64,000 nucleotides of DNA from Terriglobia bacterium. Its GTDB lineage: Bacteria; Acidobacteriota; Terriglobia; 20CM-2-55-15. The stretch spans positions 768,001 to 832,000 of the forward strand of contig CBDAOY010000006.1 of the NCBI GenBank assembly GCA_965198225.1. Direction: 5' to 3'. Position numbers and translations under genes: made by a program. Positions 59,623-64,000 of the stretch are shown here, piece by piece (positions within the stretch are counted from its first letter, which is position 1; the number at the start of each line of letters is the position of its first letter). The notes beneath the pieces are model-generated. The model did not search any database. It saw only the letters and a program-made list of their open reading frames with translations, and had not been told where the DNA came from.

Positions 59623-60657
59623 ATGGACGAACTCAAGCGACTTTTCGAACAGCGGTTCGATTCAACCGTCGAGCGGACAGAGGATCTCCAAGGTCAGCTC
59701 GGTGCTTCGGGACGGAAGATCGTCCGGCTGGCCAACGACAGGTTCAGTGCGGTCGGCATTTTGTATGACGTTCGTGAAGAGAACGTCGCGTTTCTGGAAT
59801 TCTCCAGACACTTTCGCCGCCATGGTCTGCCGGTACCGGAGATCTATGCTGAAGACCTGGACAGGAACGCGTACCTCGAGGAGGACCTCGGCGACACGAC
59901 GCTCTTCGAGTTTCTCCACGAGAATCGGACGGGCCCGAACATCGGCTCCGAAGTACTGGCCGCCTACCGAAGGGTTGCGGCGATGTTGCCGCGCTTTCAG
60001 GTCGAGGCCGGCCGCGATCTGAACTATGCGGTGTGCTATCCGCGGGACAGTTTCGATCGGCAGTCCATTTCCTGGGACTTGAACTACTTCAAGTACTACT
60101 TCCTGAAGCTCTCCGGTGTCCCATTCAGCGAACAGGCGCTGGAAGACGACTTCAACCGCCTCACGGAGTTTCTGCTCGGCGCCGATCGCGATTACTTTCT
60201 CTACCGAGACTTTCAATCCCGCAACGTCATGTTGCGCGACGGGGACCCGTTCTTCGTGGACTACCAAGGCGGCCGCAAGGGGGCGCTGCAGTATGACATC
60301 GCGTCCCTGCTTTACGACGCGAAGGCCGACCTGACACCGGCTGTGCGGGAGCAACTGCTCGAGACCTACCTTGATACGCTTTCAGGTTTCATCGACCTCG
60401 ATCGCGCCGCGTTCATGCGGCACTATTATGCTTATGTCTACGTTCGGATCCTGCAGGCGCTGGGTGCCTACGGCTATCGCGGCTTCTTCGAGCGCAAACC
60501 GCTCTTCCTCCAGAGCGTTCCGTACGCGCTCGGGAACCTGCGCTGGCTGCTCCACAATGTCGAACTCCCGATCGAGCTGCCCGCTTTGGTCGATGCGTTC
60601 AGGCGGATGCTGGGCTCCGAGAAGCTGCAGAACCTCGGTTCGGAAGCCGAAAGCTAG
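59623..60657 (+). CDS. Aminoglycoside-phosphotransferase-fold kinase (AmgK-like anomeric sugar kinase)
   Basis: LEEDLGD, LYRDFQSRNVM, VDYQGG, YDIASLL, LQALGAYG; adjacent to a nucleotidyltransferase gene. Confidence 0.82.
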   Translation: MDELKRLFEQRFDSTVERTEDLQGQLGASGRKIVRLANDRFSAVGILYDVREENVAFLEFSRHFRRHGLPVPEIYAEDLDRNAYLEEDLGDTTLFEFLHENRTGPNIGSEVLAAYRRVAAMLPRFQVEAGRDLNYAVCYPRDSFDRQSISWDLNYFKYYFLKLSGVPFSEQALEDDFNRLTEFLLGADRDYFLYRDFQSRNVMLRDGDPFFVDYQGGRKGALQYDIASLLYDAKADLTPAVREQLLETYLDTLSGFIDLDRAAFMRHYYAYVYVRILQALGAYGYRGFFERKPLFLQSVPYALGNLRWLLHNVELPIELPALVDAFRRMLGSEKLQNLGSEAES

Positions 60658-60708
60658 GGAGAGCTTGAGAGTGGCCCTTACCCATCTCGGGTCGGAAAGG
60701 TCGGGCGA

Positions 60709-61440
60709 GTGAGAGCGATGATCCTGGCCGCGGGTTTCGGAACCCGGTTGCGGTTGCCTTTGACCGAGGAGCGGCCCAAGGCTCTGGTCGAGGTGTCGGG
60801 CCGCACGCTCCTCGAGATCACGCTCGAACGCCTGCGAAAGTGCGGTGTTGCCGAAGTGATCGTAAACGTGCATCACCTGGCCGACATGATCGTCGATTAT
60901 CTCGAGGCGAACGAGAACTTCGGTATGCGGGTCGAGGTGTCTCGGGAGGAACGCCTGCTCGACACCGGTGGCGGCCTGAAGAAGGCCGCCTGGTTTTTTC
61001 TCGAAGATCCGGAGCGGTTGGATGAGCCCTTCGTCCTCCACAACGTGGATGTGCTCAGCACGATCGACCTGGGTAGGATGTTGCAGTTCCACAGCGACAA
61101 CGAGGCGCTCGTCACGCTCGCGGTCCGGGAGCGGGAAACTTCCCGGTCCCTGCTGTTCGACGACCAACTTCAACTGTGGGGCTGGAAGTCCGGCGGCAAA
61201 ACGAGCGTCGTTCGAGAGTCCGAGCACCTTCAGGCGCTGGACTTCTCCGGCATCCACGTCATCTCTCCCCGACTGTTCCAGAAGATGCAGGAGGACGGGG
61301 AGTTTTCTATCATTGATGCTTACCTGAGTCTGGCGGCCCAAGACATGAGGATCATGGCCTTCCGGGCCGACGACTATTCGTGGCGAGATGTCGGGAGTCT
61401 CGAAGATTTGAAGCGGGCTTCCGAAGAGGCGGGCGTGTAG
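60709..61440 (+). CDS. Sugar-phosphate nucleotidyltransferase (MurU-like)
   Basis: RAMILAAGFGTRL..LT..RPKALV, LLDTGGGL, HNVD, WRDVG. Confidence 0.88.
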   Translation: MRAMILAAGFGTRLRLPLTEERPKALVEVSGRTLLEITLERLRKCGVAEVIVNVHHLADMIVDYLEANENFGMRVEVSREERLLDTGGGLKKAAWFFLEDPERLDEPFVLHNVDVLSTIDLGRMLQFHSDNEALVTLAVRERETSRSLLFDDQLQLWGWKSGGKTSVVRESEHLQALDFSGIHVISPRLFQKMQEDGEFSIIDAYLSLAAQDMRIMAFRADDYSWRDVGSLEDLKRASEEAGV

Positions 61441-61450
61441 GAACAAGCAG

Positions 61451-61507
61451 GTGTAGGTGCGGTCTATGACCGCACATGTTCGATTCGGTACGTTTGTGCG
61501 CCTACAG
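61451..61507. repeat. REP plus internally deleted partner
   Basis: GTGTAGGTGCGGTCTATGACCGCAC (61451-61475), then GTGCG-CCTACA (61496-61506) lacking the palindrome core. Confidence 0.75.
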
Positions 61508-61535
61508 GGTGCGTTTTGTTGTGCCCCGCGGGTTG

Positions 61536-62996
61536 CTAGTCTTTGCGCGCGATCCTGCCGCCCCATCGCATCCAGCGGATCACACCATCCGGAGCTCGGA
61601 TGAAGTCCACGGGATCTCCGAACACCCCGTCGAATGTTGCCATTGCGCGATCCGGGGCATAGAACCCGATGGCTATTTCGTTTCCGTTCGTGTTTTCGAT
61701 GATCAATCCTCCATCCCCGTCACGCACCCGCCACACCGTGTTGAGCGGCGGCCGCCGGTAGACGCCGAGGTAATGTGTTGTGTCCGGTTGCTCGTCCAGG
61801 AGCCGGGGAGCCGGCAACCTTTCTCCCACGCCGCGGTTGGTGACCGTGTGTCCGGGGTCCATTGCGATGTCTTCGTAACGCCGGAGCACAGCGCGTTCGA
61901 CGTCCTGGATCAACCTCGTGCCATTGCTGTGATTCGTGAGGATCGAGAAGGCCAGATCCCGCTCGGGCACGAGTTCGAGAAGGAGGCGATGACCACCAAG
62001 CGTTCCCCCGTGGGCAGCCGTAACGATCCCGCCGACGTTTCGCAGGTGCCATCCGATCCCCATCTGGTCGTCCGTTCCGAGCTTCTCGAGCTGAGGCGTC
62101 CGCATCTGTTCCAGAGAGGAACGAGTCAGGACCCGCTGACCTTCGTGCCCGGTCCCGTCCCCGAGATGGAACACTCCGTACGCAAGAATGTCGGTGAGAT
62201 TCATCGCAGCACCGCCTGCGGTCACACTCGCGGGGAGGTTGAACGGACGGATGACCACGGTCCGATCATTCCGGATGCGATGTCCCAGTGCGAACCGAAA
62301 GGTTGCGACGTCTCCCAGCTCGGTGAACGCGCGCGACAGTCCCAGCGGTTCAAAAACGAGCTCGCGGAGGGCCCGGTGAATCGATTGCTCCGTGACAGCT
62401 TCGATGACCCGGCCCGCCAGGCTGAACCCGGCGTTATTGTAGCTCCAGACGACTCCGTGCGGAGCGAGCTGCGGTAACCGATCCATCGTCTCGACGAAGT
62501 AAGCGAGTGACCGAAACCCGCGGTTCTCGGTAGGGAGTTGACCCTCCCAACCAGGTGTGTGTGTCAGGAGGTCCAGAACCGTGACTTCACGGCTTGTTAC
62601 CTCGTCCTGGACACGAAACTCCGGGAGATAGCGGCGAACCGGCGCAGCCAGGTCCACGCGCCCGTCTTCGGCGAGCTTCATCAAAGCCGTCGTCGCCACG
62701 GTCTTCGAGATGGAGGCGATCGGGAAGATCGTGTCTGGAGTGATGGGCTGCGGATCCTCGAGGTTGTTGACACCGAAACCCCGGAGCGTGACAACCCCGT
62801 CTTTCGCGACTCCAAAGGCCACACCCGTAACCCCGTATTCCTCCATCTTCTCGGTGACGAGCGATGCCAACTCCTCGAAACGAGGATCCGTCTGCCTTCC
62901 GGCGGCTTCGCCAGTCACCGTCGACGCGCTGATCGCCGCCAAGGCCAACACGACCATTGCGACGGTCTTTCTCACCAGTCTTGATTCTTTTCTCAT
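61536..62996 (-). CDS. Serine hydrolase, beta-lactamase class C/S12 family
   Basis: Signal peptide; ASISK (SxxK), LLTH, YNN, HGG. Confidence 0.9.
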   Translation of the reverse strand: MRKESRLVRKTVAMVVLALAAISASTVTGEAAGRQTDPRFEELASLVTEKMEEYGVTGVAFGVAKDGVVTLRGFGVNNLEDPQPITPDTIFPIASISKTVATTALMKLAEDGRVDLAAPVRRYLPEFRVQDEVTSREVTVLDLLTHTPGWEGQLPTENRGFRSLAYFVETMDRLPQLAPHGVVWSYNNAGFSLAGRVIEAVTEQSIHRALRELVFEPLGLSRAFTELGDVATFRFALGHRIRNDRTVVIRPFNLPASVTAGGAAMNLTDILAYGVFHLGDGTGHEGQRVLTRSSLEQMRTPQLEKLGTDDQMGIGWHLRNVGGIVTAAHGGTLGGHRLLLELVPERDLAFSILTNHSNGTRLIQDVERAVLRRYEDIAMDPGHTVTNRGVGERLPAPRLLDEQPDTTHYLGVYRRPPLNTVWRVRDGDGGLIIENTNGNEIAIGFYAPDRAMATFDGVFGDPVDFIRAPDGVIRWMRWGGRIARKD

Positions 62997-63194
62997 GGTT
63001 CACCAACCTGGCGGTCAATGTATCAATTCGCGCAGGCAACGCTCCTCTTTTTTTCGCATTAATGAACGTTGCCTGAGCGGACCGGGCAGGATAATGTTCA
63101 AACCGTTCTTCGGACAACAATGCTCTCGAGGCACGTCGCGTGGCTGAAGGTTCAAGACAGCTTCGACAGCAGCGCATGCGTCACGGAGGTAAGG

Positions 63195-64000
63195 ATGATG
63201 GCAGTGACCGGTTTCCTGCGGTCCGTCCGCTACATTTTGCTCGCGATCGCGCTGATCGCAATCACGACATGCTCGTCGCCCTATCCGGCCCCTCCCGATA
63301 CGCGCAAGGGTCCGGTTGTGGACGTGATCCACGGAGTCGAATTCACGGACGATTATCGATGGCTCGAGAACCAGGACGCTCCGGAAACCCGGCAGTGGAT
63401 CGCGGCGCAGAATGAGTATGCCGAAACGATCGTCGGAGAGTCGCCACTCCGCGAGCGAATTCGCACGCGCCTCAGCGAGTTGCTCGACTTGCCGGAGGTC
63501 GGGACCCCGCGGCGGGCAGGGAGCCATGAGTACTTCACCATTCGCCGCAAAGGTGGGGAGGCTCCGGTGATCTATCGTCGTCCGGTCCCGGAGGACGAAG
63601 ATCTCGAAGAAGCCGAGCCCGATCCGGACGGCAGATACGAGGTCGTACTCGACCCCGCCGACATCGACCCGACCTATCGAACCCTGCTCTCGATGATGAA
63701 CTTCTCGCCGGACGGTGACGTGATGATGTATTCGGTCCGGGACGGTGGGGCGGGCGAAATCGAAATCCGTTTTCTGGACCTGGATAACCTCGCCGACCTG
63801 CCAGATCGGCTCCCGCGAGCCCTGTACGCATCCGTCAACTTCGATGAGGAGGGAGAGGGCTTGTACTACACGCACCGCTCGCGAGAGGTCGGACCGCGCA
63901 TCCGCCATCACGCGTTCGGTTCCCCTCCAACCGACGACGAGGAGATCTTTGGCGACGGCCTCGGACCCACGAGTTTCCTGAATATGAATTCAGTTGGAGA
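63195..64000 (+). CDS. Prolyl oligopeptidase (S9A) family protein, N-terminal part; possible lipoprotein
   Basis: Not in the ORF track. Manual translation MMAVTGFLRSVRYILLAIALIAITTCSS...VVDVIHGVEFTDDYRWLENQDAPETRQWIAAQNEYA; GGAGGT ribosome-binding site at 63185-63190; open to the window end. Confidence 0.85.
   Translation, partial: MMAVTGFLRSVRYILLAIALIAITTCSSPYPAPPDTRKGPVVDVIHGVEFTDDYRWLENQDAPETRQWIAAQNEYAETIVGESPLRERIRTRLSELLDLPEVGTPRRAGSHEYFTIRRKGGEAPVIYRRPVPEDEDLEEAEPDPDGRYEVVLDPADIDPTYRTLLSMMNFSPDGDVMMYSVRDGGAGEIEIRFLDLDNLADLPDRLPRALYASVNFDEEGEGLYYTHRSREVGPRIRHHAFGSPPTDDEEIFGDGLGPTSFLNMNSVG

Noticed and set aside
60740-60765. Extra Leu in the nucleotidyltransferase motif (GTRLRLPLT versus the usual GTRLRPLT)
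   Set aside because: In-frame single-codon insertion at a CGGTTG duplication; its effect cannot be judged and it may be a sequencing slip.
63015-63911. 298-aa minus-strand ORF
   Set aside because: Antisense to the plus-strand prolyl oligopeptidase, which has a clear ribosome-binding site and family motifs.

Overview
GC-rich bacterial DNA; the gene content (carboxypeptidase-regulatory/TPR protein, DUF1570, paired M16 peptidases, TonB-dependent receptor, RRM protein) suggests Acidobacteriota, which is an inference. The centre (17.4-56.2 kb) is an ABC-transporter-less, type-I-like secretion cluster: TolC, three membrane-fusion (HlyD-type) proteins (one with a GAF domain, one fused to a PqqD-like domain and an M50 site-2 protease) and a short accessory SecA ATPase. 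It is followed by a giant LEPR-XLL-leader, repeat-rich, RTX-like surface-protein gene. The three ORFs at 27282, 31568 and 37078 are one ~28.8 kb gene (~9,605 aa reconstructed), broken by a 16-bp deletion at 31487/31488 and by a 97-bp MITE with 17-bp terminal inverted repeats inserted at a duplicated CTAG (36920-37024). The flanks hold housekeeping and accessory enzyme genes. GTAG-type REP palindromes occur in five intergenic regions, including a ~54-bp tandem array and a 140-bp-period duplication. No rRNA, tRNA, CRISPR array or transposase gene was recognised.
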